Source of the DNA: Raillietiella orientalis
Taxonomy: Eukaryota
Direction: 5' to 3'
Length of the DNA: 64,000 nt
NCBI GenBank assembly: GCA_036172245.1
Contig: JAYWIR010000053.1
Span: forward strand, 124,001-188,000
The translations under genes were made by a program, and so were the position numbers. A model generated the notes under the pieces. That model was not told the DNA's origin. It was given only the letters and a program-made list of their open reading frames with translations, and ran no database searches. Shown one piece after another: positions 13,001 through 25,159 of this stretch (position 1 is the stretch's first letter; each line of letters starts with the position of its first letter).

Positions 13001-14534
13001 AGAGCGCAGCGCCTTCCACGCAAAGCGCTGTGGGGCGCTGCAAGATCCCGTGTTAGACTTAAAGACTTGGTGGCGCCGCGTCAGGATGCAGGCTTGGGCA
13101 TCCTCGACTTGAACAGCATCGAACTGCAGGTGCAGTTTTGCATGATGCGGCTCTGAGACAAGCTGTGGTGTACGCCGTGGTGCATACCCGCACGCCTTAT
13201 ACTGAGGCGCTGCACGGGAAGCGAGGGACTGCTTTCGTTGCTACCTTACTTTCGGCACACCAGAATAGGGTTTGGCTTCCCGCTGAGGCAGCTGTCCTCT
13301 CTGCTGGAAGCCCAAAGCTGGATCTCCTGCCGCCCCATGAACATTAGTGCATGGCGGCAGGAATCTTTTTCATCGTGGCCAGCTTCCGAAGGAACGCGCC
13401 CGGAAGATCTTCGACGCCTGCGACTTCTCCTCAGTCATCAAATGGACAAAGTCATGCAGGACAAGAAGATGTCGGATCGTCTGGCTGCCACACCACTCGC
13501 CGCAGCGCTGTCTGCCCTCAGGGCACGAAACCACGGTTGCCTAGTATAGGAATTGGAGTTCTCCTGCAAAATAGTGGGAGTCAGTAAACTCTTCGGCTGC
13601 TGGACGGCATACGAGCTAGTGCAAGCCGCCACTCCTCGAAATCGGGAGAAGAGCCTGCTTCGGTGGAGCGAACACTTAAGTGTGCCCCCCGAAGAGATAG
13701 TGGTTCCCCTCGATTGTATGGACAGATCCGTGTTCCCCCTTAAGTGGAAACAAGATGTGCTGCTCTTTTTACATTGTGCATTACACTGTAATAGGCAGCG
13801 AAGCATCGTTTCCGGGGGAGCTGCTTTGCCAAACTGTTTAAGGTGCGGAGAGATCGAGTCTTTTCCGCACCTTTTGCTGGACTGCGGTGACCTCCGGGAA
13901 CTGTGGCGAAGGCTCACTTCGGCCATCATGCCACAAGGAGGCACTGCCATTGATGTGCTGCGGCGCTTCTTCAGCAGAAATGGACTTTCGGTTGGCGCGA
14001 TTGTCGCAACCATGTGTTGCGTTCGCGCCATCGTGAAGGCCCGTTACGCCTTGGAGTTTCCAGCGCAGCGAAGGAAGGCTCACCTGCTTGCAGCTCAATA
14101 CATGGAGAAGGCTTCAAGGTGGTCTCATCTTCGTGACAAGGTGAATGAGGACATCACCGACATACATCGTCGGTTTACAGACCTTTGAGAGCGGCGGAAT
14201 CCGGTGACGCCTGTTACCTCTCGCCCACCCATACCCCGTCTTCTATCGCTCGGTGAAATTACCGGTGCCCATGCTTTAATCCCCGTGTTTTCCAGAGCAA
14301 TCCCAAAGTCCCTTATCCTGTCCTTCTTTTTGATTGTTTTAATTCTATTTTGGTTTCTTTGTGTTCCTTGCTTCCCCACACCGCTCGGAAAACTGTTACT
14401 TTGGCGTGCATGCCAGGAATATTCTCTTCATTATTGTTCAGTCGTCAATTGAAGGTGCGGTTCCCAACTGGTCTATTTTATATAATTGTTTTGTTTATGT
14501 TATATGATATAAACGCCCTTGCGTGAGCGGGTGA
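10028..14534 (+). mobile_element. LINE family D copy F: ORF1 tail + degenerate ORF2 + 3' UTR
   Basis: SWNVNG at about 10723, WRPIALVNSD, DLHKAFD, AYADD and CLRCGE..H..C, with many stops and frameshifts. Ends TAAACGCCCTTGCGTGAGCGGGTGA. Confidence 0.85.
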
Positions 14535-14537
14535 GGA

Positions 14538-15270
14538 ATCTCTTGCGCTTGTTCTGCAGAGATCACGTGGATCTCCTGCAGCAGCGCAAGGTCGTAGGAC
14601 TCCAGAAGAACGGCCATGTCTCGTCTCCTGCCGGCGTCTGTCATGCCGTTCACGTTCCAAACGGCGATGCGCAGACGACGGCGGGAGGAGATTCCCGGCA
14701 TTACTGCTGGGAAGATTAAGGTGTGGGGGAGCCCTCCTCTTGCGAGGGGGGCGGGATGTCCATGGGGGTTTCGGCCTTCTCAGGCACCTGAGGCACCTGT
14801 TCGGCCTCCACCTCCTCCATCCCCTCCGTGTCCGTGCGTGGGAGTCTCTCGGGCGACGGGTCCCGAGAGTTTCCCACGCTCATGGCACCCTCGCTTGCGG
14901 AAGCCATCTCTTCCCCTTCCACGGGGGAGACGAGCTTCCTTGGCTTTGTGGACTTACGTCCAGCCTTCTTGCGCGGTGCCGTAGAAACGGAGGCTGCGCT
15001 TCCGGCCTCCACCTCGGGGTCGGAAGTGGGGTACTCCTGAGGGGAGGCCGGACGCCTTACGGCCTTCTTGCCAGCCTTGGAGGGTTCTGGCTGCAACGAG
15101 GCTGCCAGCTCCTCCGCGGCTCGCGCGAAGGCTACGTCATCGATGGTGGTGTCGATGACCGACGCCGCCGCCGGCTCGCTCTCCTCGCTGTTGACAGAGT
15201 CAACAGAAGGGAGGTCGTCGGTAGTGGCGAGTTCTATTTTGCAGGGGTCGGGAACACGATCCACGACAAC
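14538..15270 (-). mobile_element. LINE family B copy B', middle piece (ORF1 C-terminus + ORF2 start)
   Basis: MPGISSRRRLRIAVWNVNG...LLQEIH. Nearly identical to 37958-38578. Continues the ORF1 piece that ends at 54223. Confidence 0.88.
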
Positions 15271-18200
15271 TGCCGCACGGACGTGTTCTGTGTTGCTCCT
15301 CGAGCGTGATTCCTTTACGTCTTCTTGTGTGTGGTTTGCCCGAGTGCGTCCACTGGGATGTCCACGGAGCCCCTGCAGCAATATTTGGATGTGGAAACTG
15401 CTACAGGCAGTGGAGACTCTACTCCAGATGTCCGGTCCGCCTCTGATTCTTGTGTCTCGCCACCGGCGAGAAGCTTCGCCGCCGTCGTCAAGGCGGCGGT
15501 AGCCAACGGAGCACCACCCGACGAAGCTGAGCTGCAGGCATGTGCAGCCCATGGCTACAAGCCTGCGCTTTGCTATCAGGTGAGTGCTTCTATCTCCGTC
15601 TGGGTCTAAGAAAATTTGTGGGACGAGCTTTTGCGCGTCGGGGTTTGAAAGGACGACCTCCTGGCCGTCATGCCGGTTAACGCGCTCGGACACTGGGAGG
15701 TGCACTGCAAAGATTCATCCCTAGTCCAGCGTCTTCTCCGCACCCCCCTAAATATCCGCGGGAAGCAGGTCGTCCCGTCGGCCATTTTCGAGTCGTTCGT
15801 GGTCCGATTGTCCGCCGTCCATGTTGAGACGCCCGATCGCGTGCTCGTCGCTGCACTTAGCGCACTCGTCACGGTGCACGCGCTGTGGAGAGCAGACAAT
15901 TTGATCAAAAGGATTGCATCTCTCCACAACGGACCTGCCATGGCGCATGTCACCGTGGCGGATAGGAGGCAAATGCCTCCGCACTTGCAACTGGGCGATG
16001 CGATCGTCCACCTTAAATTTGTCGGTCAGCGACCGGCTTGCGTCATTTGCGGTGCAGAAAGCCACCGTCCGTGGACGCGCCCTTCACGCAACTGCCACTA
16101 TTGTAAACAGCTCGGCCACTCCATCAAAGAGTGCGCCGAACTGAAGAGAAAGCGGCAGGCGAAAAGTCGCCAGCAATCGACCCCGTCCGCAACGAAAAGA
16201 TCCCCCGTTGTGCCACAGGAGAAATCGGGCGCGAAGAGCGCGGCATCTCCGAGTGGCGGTTCCGCAAAAAGGGCGCGGTTGCTTCAGGGAAGTAACCATA
16301 CCAGACTGCCGCGCAGACGGGAAAGATGACAGGTCGACCTGGAGGCATATCGCCCCCGTCGAAGCAGCCTAAGAGTGCGGGCACGCACTAATTCAAAGCT
16401 GCTAAACCGTCCGCGTCCGCTTGCGCGTCCAGCAGAGCACACGGGAAACCGTGCGCGGGTACCCTCAGAGCTGCCTCTGAACGGCAGTCTCCTCCTACGG
16501 CGGTGGATATCACGTCTTACACGCCGTAAGCAAGAGCAGCGAAGGCTGAAATGGCGCCTAGCGGGACGACGGCAATGACCGCCGTTTCGCCCTCATGGGC
16601 CAAGGAGGAGGTACAGTTTGAAACGGGGAAGTAGTCATCTCCAGCCGCGAGAGCGAAACGTGAGCCGGCATCTCCGACCAAACAATTGAGGGAGGCGTCA
16701 ACCTCCCAGGAGGTTGTCCACGACGCAGGCTGGACTCGAATCTCCAGGACGTCTACAAAGGGGAAGAAGAAGGTTGACCCTTCAATACTCCCCATCCTTA
16801 AGGTAGGTGGGAGGCAAAAGAGGAGCACGACGAAGAAGGTGCGTACCCAGGTACGCACAACGGCTGCGTGCTCTGTCTCTGTCGCTCCGCGCGACAGGGC
16901 GGCTGCGGAAGCCAAAGCTCCGGAAGCTGCGTTGGCGACTGCGACGAACCCCGCGCGGGCAGGGCAAGCCTCCACCTGCCGCAACAAAAAGAGACTGGGA
17001 AAACGCCAGTCTCGTACCAGGCACTCGGACTCCGAGGTGGAGTCGGAGTGCAAACAAATGAAGCGCGCATCTCGCGGTAAGCCGGTAGCGCGCCGGGCTA
17101 AAGTGCGAAAGCACGAACTTGTTGCCGGAGGCGGTTCCGTCTCCTGCACGGAGACCAAGGCGATGATCCTCAGCTTCCAGGACTCAGCTGGGCGCGATGT
17201 GGCTGGGAACGGGAGCGATTTCGCTTTGTAATCCACTCTTTTACCAGCTGACATCTTGTCGCACGGGGCGAGGAGCACGCCGTCATGTCCGAAGCAGTGA
17301 TGCGTGGACTCGCGTCCGCTCGTCGCGTCAGCGTGGCCTGTTGGAATGTCAACGGGCTACGTGATGCTGACAAAAGGCGGACGGTAGCGAACGCTTTGCG
17401 CGCGTTCGATCTGGTGCTGCTGCAGGAGATACATAGCATCTCCGTACGGCAGGCATCGGATCTGGAAGAGCGCGCAGGTGGGACGCTACACTGGCGGCAA
17501 GGCTCCGCGCACACGTGTGGAGTCGCGTTCCTCGTCCGAGGCAGGGTGGCGGAGGCTGTGCGGAACGTTTGTTTCAACGAGGAAGGTCGTGTGGGCCAAC
17601 TTGTCCTCAAGTGGTCCGAATAGATCGACCTGGTCGTTACGAACATCTACGCGCCCAGCGGCGGCCAGCATTACGCCCAGCGACTTGCATTCCTGGGTGG
17701 CCTGCGCAGCCGCTAGCTCGCTGATTCCGGCCCTAACGTGGCGCACCTTCTTGCAGGAGACTTCAACGTCCACCTGCTAACAGAGGAGAGATGCCGCTTG
17801 AGGGAGAAGCAACTGGTGAGCGAGGTATGCGCGTCCGTGCGCGTGCAAAACTTGCTTGCTGGTGAGCCAGGGATGGAGAGATCGCCGGACCATGCGTTCC
17901 TCGATGAACACCTGCTCTCACGAGTAGGTCCAAGAGGGCGCCTGCTGTCCGCGATTTCGAATCATCCTAGACTGGAGTTCGAGCTCCCTCCGCCTGGCAA
18001 AGGGCCTCCGATGAATGTCTGGAGGTTGCCGGCCGACTGGCTTAGCAATTCGGAGGCGGCGGAGCATCTCCGCCAACACCTCCGGGACTTCGCCATCTAT
18101 GAACTCGAGGACTGGGACGATCTAAAAAGATCGGTCCTCTAGTTCTGCTGCCGGTTCCCCTTGCACCTGCTTCCCCGCAGCTTCGAGGAGGGTGTCGCGA

Positions 18201-18358
18201 ACAGCAGATCCTATCCGCAGGCGCGTACCTTTTCACAATGCCCGGACGTACTCCGTCTGGAGGAGTACAGGGTCAAGGCGGAGCGCCAGGTTTGGCAGTC
18301 TGGAGCGGCTTGTCTGCTCGATGACGCTGGCCAGGAATGCTCGGCTGCAGCCGAAGTT
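15271..18358 (+). mobile_element. LINE family D copy D, 5' piece (5' UTR, ORF1 about 15358-17231, ORF2 EN from 17285)
   Basis: 5' motif GGACGTGTTCTG..GCTCC. Knuckles CVICGAESH and CHYCKQLGHSIKEC. EN motifs CWNVNG, LLQEIH, AGDFN. Confidence 0.85.
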
Positions 18359-18360
18359 TG

Positions 18361-19565
18361 TCACCCGGATATGCCAAGGCATTTATTATTCTAATTTTTT
18401 ACAAAAATTAGATAATAAAGTCTTTAAAAAGATGGTTTCTGTGGGGAAACACTGGGTTCTCCCACCTTGCTCGACGTGTCGGTTGCTGGTGCATAGACCG
18501 GTTAGGTCCATTCCCGAGGCGCATGGGAAGGGAAAACTAGAACAAAAACAAACAAAAAGAGAGATCACGGGAAGGTGAACAGTTATATGGGGAGAGGGGG
18601 GAACAGGGAAGGGATAAGTGGGCGCCTAGGTCTGTCCACCGCATCCTCTTAAGGATGCTGTCAAGTTCGGTTTTTGTTGTGAAAGCTAGACGCCACCTTT
18701 TCGCCGTCTCTAAAGAGATCGTCGTCCAGTGGATGGCGTCCCTGCATCTTGGGCCTCTTCTTCTGGCGTGCCACCTTTGCATAATGCCGCGCACGCAGCG
18801 GAGGACTGCTACAGACGCAAAGGGGCGCAGGTCGTCACTCAGAAAGAGGCGACGGTAAATTTCCTTAGTGTCGCCTACTGGAAGATGGAGGATTGGGGCG
18901 ATTCGACTCAAGAGTCCATCCAGGGCGACACACTCGAGGGTGAGATGCGGGAAGGTATCTCTTTCTCCGCACTCGACAGAGCGAGCATCCTTATTCCCCA
19001 GTGTCCAGTGAGACAGGCGTGCTCTGCTTAACAGTTTCCAGTGCAGAAAGAGCAACGCCGTCTCCTGCCACTTTAACGGGAGTGTGCCGCAATTCCAACA
19101 CGCTGATGGCCACTTCAGCTCCTCCGGTGGTATTGCGAGGAGCTCTCCTCAGCGCGCAAGTCCGTGAGGCGGGACGCTCAAGGTGGCAGCGTCCGTGAGC
19201 TCCCGAGTCGTCCACGCCTTTGAAGGTTTTTTCCTGCCTCGGATGAGGCAGGACACTTCCCACGATGCCCGCTCGTTGTTGCTCCTAGTGTTTTTCAGGG
19301 AGGACCGAACGGGAGCAAGGGGGCTGAAAGAAGCCCACAGAAACTTTCGGGGCGTGTTGATAATATACTGCAGCGGCTGTCCAGCGTACGCTCCTCGTCG
19401 TAGGCAGTTGTATTCCGCCTCGCTCATGCCTTTGATCTTCGCCCACACGGAAGCTGACTCCTGAAGCCAGGCAGTGCAGTTCGCGGGGAGGCAGGAGATC
19501 GAGGTATTCTCCCTCATCAGGGCGACCATCTGGCGCAAATCGGGGCCACAGTTGGAGAGGCTGCG
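18361..19565 (-). mobile_element. LINE family C-like 3' piece (ORF2 C-terminus + 3' UTR), probable 3' end of copy E
   Basis: ELTDAAT and ECGERDTFPHLTLEC. Terminus AATAAATGCCTTGGCATATCCGGGTGA. Confidence 0.8.
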
Positions 19566-19569
19566 CTGG

Positions 19570-21405
19570 TGATCCTGTCTCACTTGCAATGCTTATCTTT
19601 GGGTATGCCTGCCTCGGCCGCCTACGCTGATGACCTGCTTCTTCTGCTCCCCATGTCCACCCCGGCGTCCAGTGTCGACGATTTCTTCGACCTGATTCTT
19701 CGGGTAGCGGGCGGGAGGCTAAACAGAGAGAAGAGCGTGGTCGTTCCTGTGGGTTCGTCGTGTGAGGAACAGTCCGACTGGATCTGCCTGGGGATCCTCA
19801 CGGGTACTTTAAGTACCTTGGCGTTCCGTTGGGCGCTGTCGGCGCATCCGGAACGTGGGCGGACTGTCTTCAGAAAGAAGAGTTGGCCATCAGCCCGTTC
19901 ATTAACGGCAAGTTCACCTTGCAGGAACGGGCGACTATTTGGGACAGCTTTGTCGCCCCCTTCCTCTGTTTCTTGTTTTTTGTTTTGGACCCTTCCTATG
20001 CGCCGAAACAGCGGGCTAAACGCCTGCTGAGGAACGCTTTTTTTGGTCCGGCGAGATCCAGGATCCGCCTCAAATATTTGGTTGCTCAGCGTCGGGATGC
20101 TAGTTTGAGTATCCTGACAATGGAGCGAATCGGACTGCAGGTGCAGTTCCGACTGCTGGCACTGTGTGCCCAGCTATGGACATTCCCTCTGTGTGTGCCA
20201 GCACGCATTCTCCTGCGGAGATGCGCCGGCAGCGGAGGATTTCTCTCTCTTTTGCCGGACACTCAATACAGGAAGTGCGGTTTCGGGTTTCCATTGCGGC
20301 AGTTGACAGCACTTCTGGAAGCTCACTCGTGGAACACCTGCTTCCCAATGATCTTCAAAGCTTGACGGCACGAGTCTGTGAAATCCTGGGTGGCGTTGTA
20401 AGGAATACGCCCTGAAACTCGCCCCCTGGGCCAATTTTTTCCGCAATCCATGGACGAAATACTGCAGGACGAGGTGAAGTTTTTTACCATGGCTGCCACG
20501 CTTCTTGCCGCAGCGCTGTCTGCCCTCAGGGCAAGAAACGACAGTTGGTAACCGGGGAGGTGGGAGTCTTCCTGCACGATAGCGGGGAAAACCGAACTCC
20601 TTGGCGCCTGGAAGACGAGTGAGCTGGCGGACGCCGCCACTCCTCTTGTGACTGCGAAGGGACTCCTCCGGTGTGCAGAATAACTTGGTGTCACCCCCGA
20701 AGAACTTGTAGTCCCTCCAAAGTGTGTGGAGAGTTCGCTGTTCCTCCTTGCTTGGAAGCAAGCCGTGATGCTTTTCGTCCACTGGGGTTTTCAGTGCAAG
20801 GAACGTTGGCATCGTTACTAAGAGGGACTTTCGTCTGCGAACTGCGTTCGTGCGGATCAACGGAGTCGATTCCGCACCTACTTCTGGACTGCGGTTTCTT
20901 ACAAAGACCGTGGCGTAGGCTGGCAACAGTACTCTCGCATCCTGTGGACACCGCAAGGGACTTGCTGCGATTCTTCACGCCGAGAAGGCTGTCTACAAGC
21001 GGAAGGATTGCAATCATCGGTTGCATACGCGCGATAGTTCATGTCCGCCATGCGCTGATAATCAACGGGTAGCACCAAGAGGTAATCGGGAAAGCATCTT
21101 TCTACATGGAAGGAGCCGCCAGATAACCTCAATTGACCGAAGATACGAAAAGGGATCTCGCTAGCATACGCCGACGGCTTACAGACGCTAACCAAGAGCG
21201 CACTTGGTGAACCTTTTCCCTCGCCCTCTTTAAATGTTTTTTTTTTTTTGTGTGTTATCTCTCTACTCTTTTAGTGTTGTTGGAAGCGGTTTGTTAACCA
21301 GGCCTGTGTGCCGGTAACTTCTCTTCGCTCTGTGTCGTTTCTTTGGTTAAGGACATCGTCTCTGACCGGTCTATTTACAATAAGCGCCCCGGCGTGACCT
21401 GGTGA
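19570..21405 (+). mobile_element. LINE family D copy D2, 3' piece from YADD onward
   Basis: AAYADDLLLLLP and CGSTESIPHLLLDC. Terminus AATAAGCGCCCCGGCGTGACCTGGTGAAAAA. Confidence 0.82.
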
Positions 21406-21834
21406 AAAACATCAAAGTCCTCCTGCTGTCGGAAGCGCCCGACATTAGAGCACAACTGGTCTACGAGTTGTGTGCGTCGATGCATGCGCGCAACTTGTTG
21501 GCCGATGAAGCCGACGTGACACGCAGAATCGACCACGTGTTACTCGATAACCACCTGTGCACGCGGGTGGGGCCTCAAGGCGCACTTGAGTGCGAGCTGT
21601 CCGATCACCCTCGTCTAGCGTTCATCATTTATCCGCGCGAAAGAGGTCCACCCTCCGAAGCGTAAGGCCTGCCGGGATTCTGGTTGCGACTCCAAGGAGC
21701 GCGCGAATATCTGCGTGCATTCCTGCGTGGGTTCGAACTGCAGACTCTTGTTGACTGGGACAAATTAAAACGCTCAGTCCGAGAGTTCTGCGACTAGTTT
21801 CCCCTTCATCAACTTCCTCCATGATTCGGTGATG
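21406..21834 (+). mobile_element. LINE family C-like ORF2 fragment K (EN end/linker)
   Basis: RAQLVYELCASMHARNLL, IDH, LSDHPRL and FPLHQLPP*FGD. Confidence 0.8.
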
Positions 21835-22440
21835 CCACCCGCATACGCCAGGACGTTTATTAAAAACATTTTTACAGTCAATCCAGAACGTGGTACAAGG
21901 CCCCACTGACATTTACGCAATACCGGAACTGCCAGGACACCGGGACGCAGCCCGGTGTGGCTCTCCTCGGCAGTGGAAGGGGATAGGGAGAAAACAAAAA
22001 TAAAATAAAAAGAGAAAAACAAACAACTAAAAGAGTTTCAGGGCCAGGAAGAGATCACAGACAACTGCTGGAAGGGCTCATCATTTCCAAGATGCCTTCG
22101 AGTTCCATTTCCATTATTCCAAGATGGGGCCATCGAGTAGCTCTCTGCAGCAAGCGAACAGCATACTTGATGACGTCCCTCACGATGCAGTCTTCATCTT
22201 CGGCATCACTCCAGGCCGCCACGATACCACGAATGCAGCAAAATGCTGCCAGGGCTGCGGCTGGACTGAGGGCGTCCCGCACGAAGACAGGACTGTAAAC
22301 GCATCTAACGTTGCCACCATCCCGTATCATAAGGGCCGATTTGAGACGATCCCAAAGAATCCGGATGGCAGGGCAATCAACTGGGAGGTTAGGGAGCTAC
22401 TCCCGCTCCTCACAGCAGGCACACGCAGGATTTACTCTTT
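21835..22440 (-). mobile_element. LINE family A copy A5, 3' piece
   Basis: CCIRGIVAAWSD. The 3' UTR matches 25160-25380 and 34540-34750. Terminus AATAAACGTCCTGGCGTATGCGGGTGG. Confidence 0.82.
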
Positions 22441-22449
22441 CCGCGTCGT

Positions 22450-25159
22450 TCTAGGGAGCAGACGTGGTTTCGCATCGCTCCACGGACTGGTTAGTGAAAA
22501 GCTTTTCGTTGGTTGTCTGGTGTGTGGGAGCACCGGTGTCCCATGACAGAAATGCCTAAGGACACCGAGATGGAAGTTGGAGGAGGAGAAGAAACATGCT
22601 ATCCTCCACCAATAAAAGTTGGCGCGTCCGCCCTTACGGAATCCGGGGCACTTGCCCCATCGGAATCGGGGGCAACCGCCCCTTCGCGACTCTCTTCGCC
22701 ATTGGCGAGGAGTTGGAGTGACGTCGTTGCTGCACCATCCCCGGATGCAGTAGCGGAGCAGACTGGCTACAAGGATAGCGGCTACAAACCGTCTCTGATT
22801 TATAAGGTAAGCAGTGTGTTTGATGAAAAAATTGCACGCTCCTTCGAAATGGAGCTGCAAAGGTTGAACGTGAGAGAGGAAGACCTTGAAGGCCCATCCG
22901 TCCTTATTGGGGGCCAGCGAGTTGAGCTGACATGCAAAGAGGCAAGTCTGGCGCAGCGACTACTGAACACCCCTATTACGGTGGACGGCCGCAGGATCTT
23001 CCCTGTGACGGAGGACCGCTCCGTCGTGGTCCACCTCACAGGTGTTTCACTCCGAAAGGACAAAACCAGCGTCCATGAGAAGTTGTCGAAGCATAGTAGT
23101 GTGCACGCGTATTGGGTCAAACCCAATGTCTTCCGAACGCACGGAAGGCTATTCAGTGGGATGGAAGCAGCCCGCGTCACCCTAACAGAGAATGGTGGGC
23201 TTCCCCACAAACTGAATATCGGCGAAGCAAAAGTCGATGCATGGTACGTGGGTAAGCCCTAGTATTGTGGCCATTGCGATGCTACAGGGCATCTAAAACA
23301 GCGGTGCCCTAACATCCAATGCCACTTATGTGGAAATAAGGGCCACATCCGTAAGGTGTCTCCAAGACGATTAATCACGGTCCCTCCCGCTCCCAAAAAG
23401 GCAAAGGGGAAACGCACGGGAGGAACGCATACACAGAAACAGGCTGCAAACACTCAGATTCCAGTTTCAAAGCCCTCACAGCAAACGTCGGTTGAGAATA
23501 CTCCCGACGACGCTGGTGACGGCGAAGGCCGGCCGACGGCAAAGCCACGAAGAAAACCCGTGAGTCCCGAACGAAACTTCGGTGAAAACAAAAACGCAGC
23601 GCGAAAAACCGTGCCGCGAAAAGCTCCGCGCATGTTCGCTAAAATTAGAGCGTGTGAAGAAAGCCGATGCCGCCACCGGGGGAGCAATCTCCCCCCTCGC
23701 GTTTGGTGAAGTTGCGACGGTCGATGGTGAACCTTCTGGCGAAAGAGAGAAGGAACCGCGCGCCGCGCTCGACGCGATCGAGGAGGCCGCCATCCAGCAG
23801 GTGGTGGAAAAACTCACGGCTGAACTGCAAGGCCGTGAAAAGAACTCGCGAAAAGCCATGCAAGGGCCTGCCGCGAGGAAGTTTCCGGAGGCAGGTGAGG
23901 CAGATCCGGACTTCGAAAGTGCGTCCTCTTCAGCGGAGGCGCCACCAAAGAAGACGGGGCGTAAGTCTCAGAATCCCAGGAGGCGCATCCGGATCAATAA
24001 GGAGGCGGATGAATCGGCCTCCGAGGGGGAAGCCGGCAGCGTGGGAGGCGAGGGTGGGAATATCTCATTCCCCGACACCGTGCAGCTAGCGACCACCATG
24101 GAGGAATATGTGCAGGTGGGTGAACGCCTACTTCCTCTGCAAAGACCTGACGACGAATCGTCCTCCATGGAAGAGGGAGAAGCTGTGCGCGACGCACCCC
24201 CTCCTCCTAGCGTCTGGCAGGAAAAAGTGGCGGGAGCCCCATTGCCAATTTCCCAGGATTAACACCTGGACTCGCCTGTCGCCGTAGGATACGCGTAGCC
24301 TGCTGGAACGTCAACGGGCTGCGCGATCACGGCAACAGGCGGGACACGGCCGACACCCTGCGTGACATCGACCTGGCACTCCTGCAGGAGATCCACGTGA
24401 TCACCACGGAGAACGCCAAGGAGATCGAAAGGATCGCAGAGGTTCGCTGTTTTGGCAATGAGGCGCTCGCAACGCCTGTGGCGTCTCGTTTTTTATGAAG
24501 CCAGCAGTCGCTTCCTTCGTCAAGGACCTACAGGACAGTACAGACGTACGACAAGGACAGTCGGGTTGGCCATCTTATCCTTAGGTGGTCCGACTCGATC
24601 GACCTTGTCGTGACTAATGTGTACGCTCCGAGAGGAGGACGCAGGTACGTGGAACGTTCCCGGTTCCTCGAAACCCTGAAGCGCGACTGGCTGGCGGATA
24701 CAAACGTACGCAAGACACATCTGATCGGTGGGGATTTTAACATCCGCCTGCTCTCAGGTGTGCCTTGCAGGCAAAAAGAAGCAACCAACGAGTTGTGCGC
24801 CGCTATGCGTACGCGCAACCTGCTGGGGGACCTACCGGAAATAGCCCAAAGCGTAGACCACGTCTTCTTTGACGCCGACCTGTGCCCACGGGTCGGCAGA
24901 CGAGGGAAACTTCCGTCGAAGCTATCGGACTACTTCCGGTTGATAATCGAGATTATGCCACGCAAGAAAGGACCACCATCCAGGACGTGGCGTATGCCAG
25001 GCGACTGGACGCGCATCTCCGGTGCGGCGGAACATCTCCGTCAGTTCCTGAGAGGAGTAATCCTCCGCAACCTCGAAAACTGGGACCGCATGAAGGTCTC
25101 GGTCCGCGAGTCCTGCGAGGATTTCCCTTTGCACCGCCTGCCTTGGGGATTTGCTGTTG
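22450..25159 (+). mobile_element. LINE family A-like copy H, 5' piece (ORF1 about 22543-24262, ORF2 EN)
   Basis: 5' motif AGACGTGG..GCTCC, WYVGKP followed by two CCHC knuckles, CWNVNG and GGDFN. Ends at FPLHRLPWGFAV. Confidence 0.85.

Noticed and set aside
10700..14200. RIP-like or APOBEC-like hypermutation
   Set aside because: Several CAG>TAG stops exist, but GC content stays high and transversions and indels are common. No bias could be shown by eye; a consensus-based mutation spectrum would be needed.
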